A model generated the notes under the pieces. It was not told the origin of the DNA. It worked only from the letters and a program-made list of their open reading frames with translations, and made no database searches. Below are positions 12,601 through 24,500 of a DNA stretch of 64,000 nucleotides, piece after piece (position 1 is the stretch's first letter; each line of letters starts with the position of its first letter). Both the position numbers and the translations under genes were made by a program. Source of the stretch: Caecitellus pseudoparvulus (lineage: Eukaryota > Protista > Bigyra: Bicosoecida); contig CBFFRQ010000057.1 in assembly GCA_965644315.1 (NCBI GenBank), positions 1-64,000 on the forward strand, read 5' to 3'.

Positions 12601-15600
12601 CTGGGCTGCGGCAGTGCAACGCTGTCTGCGCGACTGCCTGCACGCTGACAGCACGGGCCCTGTGCTGGAGGCAGCTCAAGGTGCAGCCTTCACACCCAGC
12701 TCCGACGCGTGCTGCGTCGGCAGCCACGCCCTGCACAGCGCGCTGGGGTGGATGCTGGGGGCGCTGCATGTGCTGGGGGGTCATGCAGAGGTGTTGCGCA
12801 CGGGGGGACGGGCGGCCACCATGAACATGCTGGCCCAAGCAGCCACGGCTGGGGCACGGGACGACGCGTCAGTGAACGCGAAGTACTCCGCGCAGGTCAT
12901 CAAGGCGGGGGAGGGGGAGGGCTCCGCTCGCCTCCTCTTCATGCCTTCCTCTGGGCGGTGGCACCCCGGCCTGCCCTCGCAACAGGTGCTGGCGCCACTG
13001 CTGCTGCCCATGCCGCTGGACCCCCTGCCCGCCCAGGCCGCCTTGCACGTGGTGCTGTCAGGGCCAGGCACTGAAGGCGGCGGCTTGCCCTCCCTCTCGT
13101 CCTGCTCTTGGTTCGACCAGGGCGTCCTGCTGACTTTGCAGAGCCTGCTCACCATCTCTGCGAGCCTGGCTCTGGAGGCGGCTCAGGAGACGCCAGAGGA
13201 TTCCGTGCTGCCTGCAGAGCCAAGCAGCGCAGACGGCGGGGCCGCCGCTGGAGACTTTGCCTCCGAAGCGCGCAAGGGGCTGTCTGTGACAAGCACAGTG
13301 CAGCGCAAGAAGCAGAGCAACCCCATCGTGCCTGCTGCAGCCACGACACTGGCTTTCGAGGAGGCAGTCATGGCGGGAGCAGCACCGGAGGCTCAGGCGG
13401 GCCTCGCAGCTGCCGAGGGCGGACTGAGCGCCGGGCAGCAAGTCAGCGCCCTCGGCATCGTGGGCGTGGATGCCCCCTCCGCCAAGCCCGCCGCGAACAC
13501 GGCGTCCTTCATGCTGGGTGCCGCCGCCGTCGCGGCAACGCGCGCCCTGGAGGACATGCTGGCTCGCGACATGCAGGGGGCGCCCCTGGCGTGCGCCATC
13601 ATGGCCGCCAGCCTGCAGGCGACTCCCCGCCACGCAGGCATCGCGCAAGTGCTGGTGGCGCTCAGCGCCGCGCCCCTGCCTCTGGCGCGCATGGTTGCGC
13701 CGCGTCACTTGACAGGCCTCGCGACCAGCATCACCAAGTGCGTCGCAGAGGCCAGTGGGCTGCTTGCGCGCGTGGGTGCGCTGGCCGTCAGCTCGGCGCA
13801 GGAGGAAGGGCCCAAGGAGGACTCGCCCGAAGTGGTGGCTCGCAAGGCCAAGGCGCGTGACATTGAAAGCATGGGCTTCGACTACGAGCTGGCGCTGAAG
13901 GGGCTGGAGCTCAAGGCGGACGACATGGAGCGGGTCATGGACTGGCTGCTGTCAGGGGAGGCGGAGGCCTTCCGCGCCGGAGACGGGCTCAAGGCGGGGC
14001 CCGCTGAGGGGGAGGAGAACCCGCGCTACGCTGCAGCACAGACGCTGGCCATGACTGCAGCCAAGCCCACCAAGCTCTGCATCCGTGCCCTGGAGCTCAT
14101 GAACGACGACGCCAACGCCGCGCTGAACTGGCTCTTTGACGTCGGCGTCGCGTACTTGCCAGGGCTGTCCGTCGGCGACGCGCCGGAGATGTCGGGGCCT
14201 GGCGGCCTGCGTGCTGGGCTTGCCTCCATCATGCGCACTTTGCAAGGCAGCACGGACGACGCGGCCGTCCTGGACGATGTAGGCGTTGGGGAGGGCGAGG
14301 AGGACCTCATCCCTGAGGAGCTGGGGGACGCAGAGCTGGTGTCTGAGCCTGGCTCGGACTCAGGTTCGGACTCTGCCTCCATTGCATCTCACTCATTCGG
14401 CGGCTTCCAGTCCGCCTCACGGCCCACACACGCCTTCCCGCCCGCCACGCGCTTCGAGATGGGAGGGGAATTATTTGGCACCCGCCCTGTGCCGGCTTCC
14501 ATCGTGCAGAGCCTGCAGCAGCACTGGCTGGACATCACCCCCCAGCGCCTGTCTATCATGGTCATGATGCTGCTGGTGTGCATGCGCTCCACCGATGGTT
14601 GGCACCCTCTCCTGGAGCTCTGTGCCCGCATCGCCAGCTACATTCACAGCGTCGGACCGGACCGCCCATTGCCCGCGCTGTCTTTCATCGATGAGGACGA
14701 AGTGGAGGAACTCGTGGAACTCGCGGGAGAGGTGGAGGATCAGCCAAGTCTGGAGGAAGGTGAGCCCTACATTGAGCACATGCTTGAGATTTTCACGCGG
14801 TGGGCACGGTCTGAACAAGCTGCAGCCTTGCCGCCATGCGTGCCTGGCATTTCTGCCGACAACATCATCAGCATCGTCTACTACGTCGCTTCACATTGCG
14901 ACGACGATGTGCAGGGCGAAACGGCTGGCATGGAGGGCTTCCTGGAGCACCTGTCCCAGGTCGCGGGCGGTGAGCATGACTTGCACACAGGCTCGGATGG
15001 GACCAGGTCCACCTCCAGCGGGCACTCCTCTGGCGGGCACTCTTCTGACGGCGGTGACCTGCACCGCCTCATTCAGGCCGAAGTGCGAGCACGGGAGGCG
15101 CAGCTCGGCCGCGAGCCTCGCATCCGCGGAGGGCCTCGCATGGGCGGAGTTGACATGGACATTCCGGGCATGGACTCTACCAGTGCCCGTGCTTTTTTCC
15201 GCGCCCAGTCACGTCAACAAACACATGGCATTGAGTCTGGCGAGCGGCCTAGGGGGCTCGATTTCCCCTTCGGCATTGCCATGGCCGCAGGCTCCGGGCC
15301 CCCGCCTGTGCCCCCTCAGCAGCAGATCAGGCGCCCCAGCACGGGCCAGGCGAAAGCTGAGCCAAAGGCTGACAAGCACAGCATTTCCGGTGGCTCCAGC
15401 GGCACGCTGCAGGTGGTGGCGCCGGAGCTGGCCGGTCCCCCCCAAGCCTTCCTGGCGCCGCTGCCCACAGGCAGGGACGTCCACGCCATCTGCGCCAAGC
15501 AGGGCATTGACGTGGCGTCTGCACCGTGGGCCGGCTCTGTCGTGTCCATCCTGGAGCGGCAGGGGGCCGTGCGGGTGGTGGGCGAGGACACCGGGCAAGG

Positions 15601-18600
15601 CACGGGCATGGGCCCTGACGGGCACGTGGCGTCGCAGTGGCGGGTGACCCTGACCACGGGCGTGCTGCTGGCAGACAGCCTGGACGCGCCCCAGCAGTCT
15701 GTCGCCGTGCTGGACGCTGCCTCGGGGCTGTGGACTGTGGTGAAGGTGCCACGCAGCCGCCTGCGGGTGCACGCCATCTCCTTCGGCATCGCAGGCAACG
15801 CCCTGCCCACCCCAGCGGCGGGGGCGGCGCTGTTGAACTTGGCGTTGAATGTGCAGGCGGCCCAGACCCGGTACACAGCCCGGCGTGTGCTTGCCAACCT
15901 GCTCTTGGCTCTGCCAGCCCTGCAGCGGCGCGCAGCAGAGCTGGAGGGTGGGGCGGCACCCGTCACCATGGCCACGCTGCTGCACCGCAAGGCACTCATG
16001 CGCATCGTGAAGCTGGTCGCAGCGACCGAGGACACCTTTGGCGTGCACACCCGCGGAGAACAGGCCATCGCCGGCGGCGCGGGTGTCGGCGCGACGCCCG
16101 GTGCGTACCTGTCCGCCCCTCGCGGCGGCGTGCAAGCGGTGCTGCCGGGGGCACCCTGCACAGGCGCCTGGCTGCTGCTGTTGCGCCGGTGGCTGGATGC
16201 CGATACCCTCTCCACTGCCGCGGGAGCAGCCGCCAGCGGCACGGCAGACCTCACCCTGGCCCTCACAACCGAGGCTGCGCGCCACATCGACCTGGCCACC
16301 AACCCCAGCAGCGCTGCAGGCGGGCAAGCCGCGGATGACGGCACGGGGTCCTCGGCTGGGCAGGTGTCCTTCCTCATGCGGGAGTCCCTGCACCCGCACT
16401 ACCACCGGTGCACCGCCCACGACACGCTGTCGTTCCCTGGCGCGCGGGCCCTGTGGGTCTTCTTTGACCCCAGGTCGCAGACGCACCCCGATGCTCGTCT
16501 GCAGTTTTTCGCCGGCTCCCGGGGCGGCGTGCCTGTGCACTCGGTGTCCGGGGAGGGCAGCGCCTTCCGGCCGTTCGTGGTGAACGGCGACACGCTCAGC
16601 TTCGCTTTCCACGCGGGGGGCAGCGCCGATTCGGCAGGGTGGGGCTACCGCATGTACGTCGCGCCCATGCTGGGCCTGGCGTGGCGCAACGAAGGCGGCG
16701 TGGCCACTGGGGACGCCTCCCTGGAGTGGGCGTGCTACGCTCTGGAATTCCTACTGGGGGATTTGCAGCGGTGCGTGGAGGCGGGGGAGCAGCCCCACCC
16801 CGCCACCAAGGCCGCACTGCACTCTTCCCAGGTCTTCAATGCCCTCGTCACCTACCTCCGTGCGCGGGGCACGCCCTTCAAATCCCGGGTGGTGTCCCTG
16901 CTCACGCAGCTGCTCAAGGCGCCGGAGGCCTTCCCAGAGCACGACCCACCCGACCTGGCTCTGCTGCACGGCATGGAGCGGGCCGTCTTCCGGCACATTG
17001 AGGAGCAACTCTCCCGGCGCTCCGGCAAGTCCTTCCCCTCCTCCCTCCTGCAGCTGGTGGAGCTGCTCATCACCGCCCGTGTCGCGGCTCGCACGCTGCG
17101 ACGGGGCGGCCGCACAGGTGCTCCCGGTGCGCCCGCCCTTGAGCGGCACGTCACCCTGGGCAGTGCGGAGGTGCAGGCGCCAGGGGGGCTGGCAGAGGTC
17201 TTCCTGCCTCACGCAGTGCGGCAAGGATTGGCTGAGGCTGCTGAGGCAGGCACAGCCTCTGCCGTGGGGTCGGGGGCCGGCGCAGCCAGCAGCAGCGTGA
17301 CCTTGACCCCCGAGCAGCGGGCGTACCTGTACGAGGTGCAGGCGACGGACACGTGCTCCTCGCCGCCCCCTGACGAGTCCGCCGAGGCGACGCGGTCCCG
17401 GCCCCTGTCTGACGTCCTCATGGAGTCCATGGACATCATCGAGACCATCCACGCGCAGCAGCAGGCCGCTGCGGCGCGGGAGGGTGCCGCCCTGCCGCCT
17501 CTGGAACAGGCCGCTCTGCACCTGCTGCCCCTGCCCCCTGCACTGCTGGCACGCTGCATGCTGGATGCAGGGTGGGTGCAGGGCCCCGAGGAGATCACGG
17601 CAGCCACCCTGGTCTCTGCCGCGGTGAGCCTGGGCACCTGGTCTGCTGACGCTGACCAGGAGCTGGTGCAGTGGCTGACCACCATCACGTCGCCTGCGCG
17701 CCGCGCTGTGGTGGCGGAGCTCACCAACCGCCTGAAGGAGGCGGGGGAAGACCCCGCTGCCTATGACTGGGACACGGCCTGCGTGGGCTCGGCCAAGTCT
17801 CCCCTCTCCATCAACACCGCCATGCTGCGCCTGCACCCGCACGGCACTGACGAGCCTGGCCCCTCGGGCCTGCCAGTGCACCCTGAAGCTCCAGACGACG
17901 CCCTGGCCTTCCCCGGCATCGCGCCGCCCAACATGCCGCTGCCTGCCCTGCGCCTGCGAGTGGCCCTGCTGCAGCTGCTCAACCGGCGCCTGGCCCGTGT
18001 GCTGCCCCTCATCGACGTCGTGCGCGCCGCCGGCGAGTCTGCGAACAAGCGAGGCAAGGGCGGCAGCGGGGCCGCCAACGCCGCCTCCGCCGGCAGCTCG
18101 TCGGGTGCCAACCAGTCCTTCTCCCTGGGGCACAAGCTGCGCATGCTGGCGCACTGCGTCTTCATCGACGTCAAGCAGCAGATGCTGGAGGTGTCCATCG
18201 CCGCCTCCTGGACTGGCTCCTCTGGCAGTGGCTTCAGCGTGCAGCTGGACAACCGCGAGGCGTTCAGCCACAGGGAAGCCGCCGCAGCCGACCCCTCCTT
18301 GCGCGCGCCAGACAAGGCCAAGAGCATTGCCGCCCAGCTGTACCGCGGCCTGCTCAAGTCTGCCACGGGCAAGGTGTCTGGCGGCAAGAAGGACTCCAAG
18401 GCGGTGGGCGAAGTGCTGGCCCGGGGTCTGCGCAGCCAGAACGACCATCGGGAGAGCCTGTGGAAGGTGGAGTACCGGGGTGAGGACGGCATGGACTGGG
18501 GCGGGCTGTACCGAGATTGCTTCTCCCGCGTCGTGGACGACCTGTTCTCGGCTGACCTGGACGTGTTCCTGCCGTGTCCCAACGCGGAACAGGGCGTGGG

Positions 18601-19528
18601 CGTGAACATGGACAAGTGGCTGCCCAACCCCAACCACACCACGCCCTCCTCCCTCGCCTTCTTCGTCTTCGTCGGGCGCCTCATCGGCGTCAACCTGCGC
18701 CACAACATGCAGCTGCCCTTCGACCTGGCGCCGGCGGTGTGGGACCGCATCCTCGCACGGCCCCTGCCCACCCACCGCCGCGGCAAAGGGTCCACCGCGC
18801 AGCTGTGGGAGCTGCACGACAAGCGGGAGGCTGACCGCGTCACGGCCCTCGAAGCCCTCACGCCGGAGGAGTTCCGCGCACAGTTCGGCGCGGAGCTGGC
18901 TGCCGGCGCAGCAGAGGGCGGCAGCGACGCTGCGCCGGCGCTGTTCTTCGTGGCGCCCCTGTCAGACGGCAGCGAGGTGGAGTTGTGCGAAGGCGGTGCC
19001 GAGCGCCGTGTCTCCAGCCCAGCCGACCTGGCGGAGTACTGCGCCCTGCTGCGGCGGGTGCGCAGTCGGGAGTTCGACGCCGCCTGCTCGGCCATGCGGC
19101 GGGGCCTCACCTCAATTATCCCCCCCCGTGCTCTGCAGCTGCTGACGTGGCGGGAGATGGAGCTGCTGGTGTGTGGCGACCCCATCATCGACGTCGCCCT
19201 GCTGCAGGAGTTCACGGAGTACTCGGGTGGCTACGAGGCGGGCTCCCCCGCCGTGCAGCGCTTCTGGCGCGGCTTCGAGGCGCTGTCCAACGCCGAGCGC
19301 TCCAAGTTCATCCGCTTCGCCTGGGGCCGGTCACGCCTGCCGCCGCGTGAGAAGTTCACGCGCCGCTTCAAACTGCAGCGGCGCGGGGGGGGCGACGACA
19401 CCCTGCCTGTCGCCCACGCCTGCTTCTTCTCGGTGGAGATGCCGGAGTACTCCTCCGACGAGCTCATGCTGCAGCGCCTGCGCGTGGCCATCAACTTTGG
19501 CATGTCCGGCGAATTCCTCATCGCCTGA
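6693..19528 (+). CDS. Giant HECT E3 ubiquitin ligase (~4229 aa): MIB/HERC2 domain, two UBA-like domains, ESxHPxY CUB-like domain, C-terminal HECT
   Basis: Exons 6693-7192, 7266-7383, 7457-19528 (two 73-nt introns) rebuild VGTRVRKGPDWT...VVVAWDG...VHRWG...YFDL (MIB/HERC2). UBA-like SMGFDYELALKGL..MERVMDWLL and LCIRALELMNDDANAALNWLF (~13855-14140). ESLHPHY..SFPGARALWVFFD..WGYRMYV (~16380-16665). HECT GEDGMDWGGLYRD..FIRFAWGRSRLP..LPVAHACFFSVEMPEYSS with catalytic Cys at 19421-19423. Confidence 0.93.
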
Positions 19529-19627
19529 GCCAGGCGCTGCAGTCAAGCCGTGCTTGCCCACCCACCGCCTTCCACGGTGACGGGCGGCACCGCTCCAACA
19601 AACCATCCAATGCATTGCGTGGAATCG

Positions 19628-21078
19628 TTAAGAGTAGTCCACCTCATCCTCCTCCGCACCCTGCTCTTCCTCCGCCTGGGTGCCCTGCGAGCTGGCGGGT
19701 GCGGCGTCGCCGGCGACCACGTCAGCGGCCGCACCCGCCTCGCCAGCTCCCTCCTCAGGCCCGCCGTCAGCGCCCTCTGCTGCGATCGCCACATCCCCGC
19801 TCTCGTCCTCACCACCTTCCACTGTGGCACCTTGCTCCGCTGGCTCTGCGCTTTGTGTCGCTGACTCCGCCGCCGCCTTGGGCTGCTCCTTGCCCTCGGG
19901 CTTGGCAAACTTGGACGAGAACACCAGGCCAAGCGCAGTGTCCGCCTTGGCTTTCGCGTCCACGACGTACCCCTGCCGGGCCCCGATGGCGGCTGTGGCG
20001 TCTTCCACAGACGCAAAGTGCACAAACACGACCGGGCGGCTGGTGCGCTCCCATGGGGGGAGGTTCTGTTCCCCCCGCTTATTCCGCACATCGACGCGCT
20101 TGAAGCCCGCGCAGCCCGCAAAGATGTCTGTACAGAGAGAAAACGTCGTCGTGGTGGTGGGAACGGCTGGGCAGCGGCGAGGCGCGCCTCGAGGGGGCGG
20201 GGGTGGCACGCACGGGTCAGCTCCCGCTCAGTGCAGTCATTGGGCGCGTTGGACACGTGCAGGACGTGTGAGGGGCGACCCAGGCCGTCTGGGCCCGGGA
20301 TGGGGCGTGCTGGCGTCATGGGTGCTGGGTTGGTTGGGGAGAATCGAGGGGGAGGGGGGGGGCGCGTGTCCCGGCGGGGGGGCACATCTCGTGGAGGCAG
20401 GTCACGGGGCTCCCACCGACCCCCCCCCCGAGGGGGGTGTGGGGGGGGCTCGTCGTACCGGCCAGCACGAGGGCGGTCCCGAGGTCCCCCACGGGGCTCC
20501 CCGTCGTACCTCCCTCGACCATCGTCACGGACATCCCGAGGGGGGTGGCGAGGGGCTGGTGGCGCATCCGCTTGGCGCCCTCCAAACCGCTCGTACGGCT
20601 CTGCGCCGCGCCCACGCCCAGAATACCCAGGCGCAGCACTTGGCGGTGCAGACTGTGCAGGGGGCTGGAACTCTCCAGCGCGTGGCGGGGGCGCCGAGCT
20701 CGGCCCGGCGTCCTCTGGCCCACCCCTGCTCTTGGGCGCAGGTGCAAAGGCGACGGCCACCTTGATGGATGTACCAGCCAGCGTGTAGCCGTCCACTTGC
20801 TGGCGGGCGTCTGAAGCCAGCTCTACGCTGGTGAAATCTGCATACCCCAGGAGGTCCCTGCAAGGTCACGTGGCGCTGCGTGCCGGCAGGCGCTCGGCGA
20901 AGCGCTGCCCGGCTCAAATTCCGCACCCGCTCTTCCTGCCCCGCCGCATGCGTGCGCTGCGGCTGATGTACCCTGGCTGCCGTGAGAAGAGGTTGTCCAC
21001 GTCAACTTCCGTGGCGTCCGATGGGAGCCCTGTCACACACAAGTGCGGCGTGGGGCCACCGTGGGAGCGGTACGCCAT
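19628..21078 (-). CDS. Two-RRM RNA-binding protein (U1A/RBPMS/nuclear-speckle RBP-like) with Pro/Arg/Gly linker and acidic tail
   Basis: Exons 21078-20927, 20857-20214, 20127-19628 (introns 69 and 86 nt). RRM1 LCVTGLPSDATEVDVDNLFS..LGYADFTSVELA..VDGYTL; RRM2 LHVSNAPNDCTERELTHIFAGCAGFKRV..VFVHFASVEDATAAIGARQGY. Confidence 0.85.
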
Positions 21079-21528
21079 GATGGCAGGGTTTCCGGCGCTG
21101 AGCGTTGGCTGCGACGCGTTGACGCCTGCTGGCTTGAGGGCGGCCACCGGACCTAAATGCTGGGGAGGGGCAACGACAGAGGGAGCGCAAGGTCGGGCCG
21201 CTTCCTCTTGCGTCCTTCGTCAACGGGAATGTGCAGCCTGCCCCGCGACTGTCAGGGCACTTGCAGTGAGGCACACCTGCGGAATGGCCAGTGCTGCGGC
21301 GCAAGCCAGCGAACGCCAAATCCCACAAGCGCCTGCTCCACGCTTGGCCACAGCCTACCGACTGCTGCTTGTAGGGTCCGTGGACTGCGCCAGGCTCCTG
21401 CGAGCCGCGGCACCGCCCACTGCACACGAGTGCCGGGGAGCCAAGCCACGCCAGGGCCAACGACACCGCTGTCCACGTGTCTTGGTGGCGGTCGCTGCAC
21501 ACTAGGTGAAGCTGCATTGGACCCCAGC

Positions 21529-24500
21529 ATGGCTACTACTGATGGGTCCCTGGAGGCCGAGCTCGCTTCCCAGATGGCGGCGGCTAAGCTCAAGTATGAA
21601 GGTATGCGAGGCGGCTGGTTGAGCGGAAAATGACGCTGTCACCCAGGCAAGCCGTGCCCCCCACAGAGTCCATGTACAAGCTGAAGGAGGAGGTGAAGCA
21701 CCTGAATGGACAGCGAAGGGAACTGCGTGAAAGCAACGACCTTCTCATGGAGCAGATCTCCCTCATGCAGCGGCAAAACAACGACCTGGCCTGGCAGGTG
21801 AGGGAGCTGGAGCTCGCTGGCAGCAGCCACGCCGCTCAACGCCACGCCTGCGTCCCTCCACAGCTACAAGAGGCCAAGGCAGAGGTGCGGAAGGCAAGGA
21901 GTCAAAGCACCCTCCTGGATGAGTTGGACGACGCACGGGCCCTGGCTGCTGCGAACGAGGAGGAGCGCAAGAGTGTGGAGGTGGAGAACGATCGCCTGCG
22001 ACAAGAGCTCCGAGATGTCCGCCTGCAGCTGGAGGAGGCTCAGTCCGCGCAGCCTGCAGCGGGGAGCGGGAGCCCTGACGAGTTGCTAGAGCTCCAGGGC
22101 CGTGTCGCGAGCTTGCAGGGTGAGCTGGAGGAAGCAAGAGCTGGACTGGCGGAGGCACGTGCGGAAGTACAGAGCCTGCAGGCTGGACAGGCCACTGCAC
22201 AGGCAGACTTGGACACCTCCACGGCCGCTGCGGACGCAGAGCGCGAATTGTACGAAAGTCACCAGGCCAGCCTGCAGGCCCGCAATGAGGAACTGAGTGC
22301 CACGATTGCTTCACTGCGGAAGGAGCTGGCAGAGACGGCGGCAGCCCAGGGCTCAGCTGCTGCCGCCTCCACAGTGGCAGCAGACCTGGGCGCCAAGCTT
22401 GCCGAGGCCACCAGCGCCGCCAGCACGGCAGGCGCAGAGCGGGACGCCCTGCGCAGTCGCGTGCAGAGCCTGCGCGAGGAGCTGCGAGCCGCGCAGGGCG
22501 CTGCCGAGGCGTCAGCACAGGAGGTGGCCAGTCTGCAGGGCACAGTGCAGGAGCTGCGCGGGCGACTGGTGCAGACAGCGCAGCCGAGCCGAGCGCCGAC
22601 GTCGCCCATTTCACCCCTCACGCCAGGTGGCCCCGCCCGGCGGCACGAGGGCAGTGCTGGCTCCAGCCTCGTCATGTCCACCTCTCCCGGCAGCGGCGGC
22701 AAGGTGCTCAGCCCAGTGGGCAGGGCCCTGCCTCCGCGCCCACACACGTCACAGCCCCCCTCGCCCCAGGCAGGCGGCGAGGGGGGCTACTTCGCCTCCG
22801 GCGTCAGCGGCATGTCTGCGCTGGAGGCGTCCTGGGAGGGAGACAGCATGCTGTCGGGCCTCTCCCGCCGCACAGGCGTCTCGGCAGCCTCCAGCGCGGC
22901 GACACGCAGCAAGGCCCACACGCGCCTGAAAGCCCTGCGGTCGGAGTGGGAGGCGGCAGCCGTCGCGCGCACGCTGGCTGCTGTGGAGGCCAAGGCTGAG
23001 AAGAGCGCGCCTGCTCCGCCGCACCTCGCAGCTGGCACGCAGACAGACACTCCCCCCGCACGCACCCTCATCACAACTGGCGTCGCCACCAGCCCGGCCC
23101 CTGACAACAGCGGTAGCAAGAGCCCCCCGCCTGCACCGGAGACGCGCCTCGTGCAGCTGTCGGAGGCAGACCTGCAGCTGCTCCAGGAGGCCCTGGACAG
23201 TGCACCGCCAGCGCTTGAAGCGGCGGACCTAGCCCAGCACCAGGCCATGCTGGCTCTGGGGACCACAGCTGCGTCGGGTACGCCCCTGTCCCTGTCCCAG
23301 CAGTTCGACGCCGTGGCGGGGGGCGGTGAGGCGCAGCGGGGGAGTCCCCCGCGCCAGGCTCCCACCAGTGCACGGACGGTGGCGGAGGAGGCAGAGGCGA
23401 TGGCCGAACTGCAGGCAGTACGGCACCGCCTGGACACACTGCGTGGGGAGCTGCGAACCGCTCAGACGCAGTTGGATGACGCCAGAGCAGAGCTGGGCCC
23501 AGTCAAGGCGCAGCGTGATACGGCACTGGCCGATGCCACGGCCGCCGCGAACCGCTGTGAACAGCTGGAGGCAGCCCTGGAGCGAGCCCAGGCCCGTGCT
23601 GCTGCGGCAGAAGCCGCCCACACCACCTCCTCTGCCTCCTCCGCGGCCACCCTGGCCACCCTGCACTCTGAAGCCGACCAAGCCAGGCGGCGCGCCAAGG
23701 CAGCAGAGGAGGCTGCGAGGCTTGCGGAGGGGCAGGTGGAGGAGCTGCAGGCACGCGTCGCAGTGCTGGAGAGCCAGAACGCTGCCTCGGCAGGCAAGGT
23801 TGAGCGGCTGTCTTCCCAGCTGGACCTCCGCAAGCAGGAGTCAGACGTGGTGGCTGAGCGCATCGATGCGCTGACCTCTGAGCTGGCCCAAACGCGGGAA
23901 CAGGCGGAGGCTGCCCAGGCGCGAGCAAGTGCTCTGCAGCAGCAGAACGCACACCTCAGCAACATCGTCGAAGAGGCCTCTGCTGCGGTTGTGGCGGGTG
24001 CAGACGCGAGTGACGTGAAGCGGCGCCTGGATCGCAGCCAGGCCGAGCTGGCTGCAACAGCCGATCGCGCCGCTGCAGCCGAGGCAGAGGCAGCCGCCGC
24101 GCGCACTGAAGTTGCGCGCATCACCGCACACGCCGCCCGAGTCGTGGAGCTGCTCAAGTCTGAGCGGGCAGAAACTGCTGAAAAAGTCGGCCGGCTGAAG
24201 CGGTCCTTGCAGGCGCAAGTGGCTGCGGAGGTGGCGGCCGTCACAGACAAGGTGCAGCAGGCAGCGCGCAACATGGAGAGCCTCCGAGAACAAGCCCACT
24301 CGGAGGGCGTGGCAGAAGGCAAGGCGCGAGCCAAGGCCTTCCTCCTGGAAAAGTACAAGGCAGGCCTGGACAAGCTGCAGGCAGCCCACAAGGCAGCCAT
24401 GGCGCAAGCTGTGCAAGAGGCCCGGGCTGAGGGGGTGGCAGAGGCCTCGGCCGCGGCCACTGCTTCCTTGACGGCGTCCAACTCCCGCCTGGCCGCCCTG

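Noticed and set aside
19543-20796. 417-aa minus ORF as the complete RRM gene
   Set aside because: It reads through the 20213-20128 intron into the wrong frame; the spliced model restores both RRMs.
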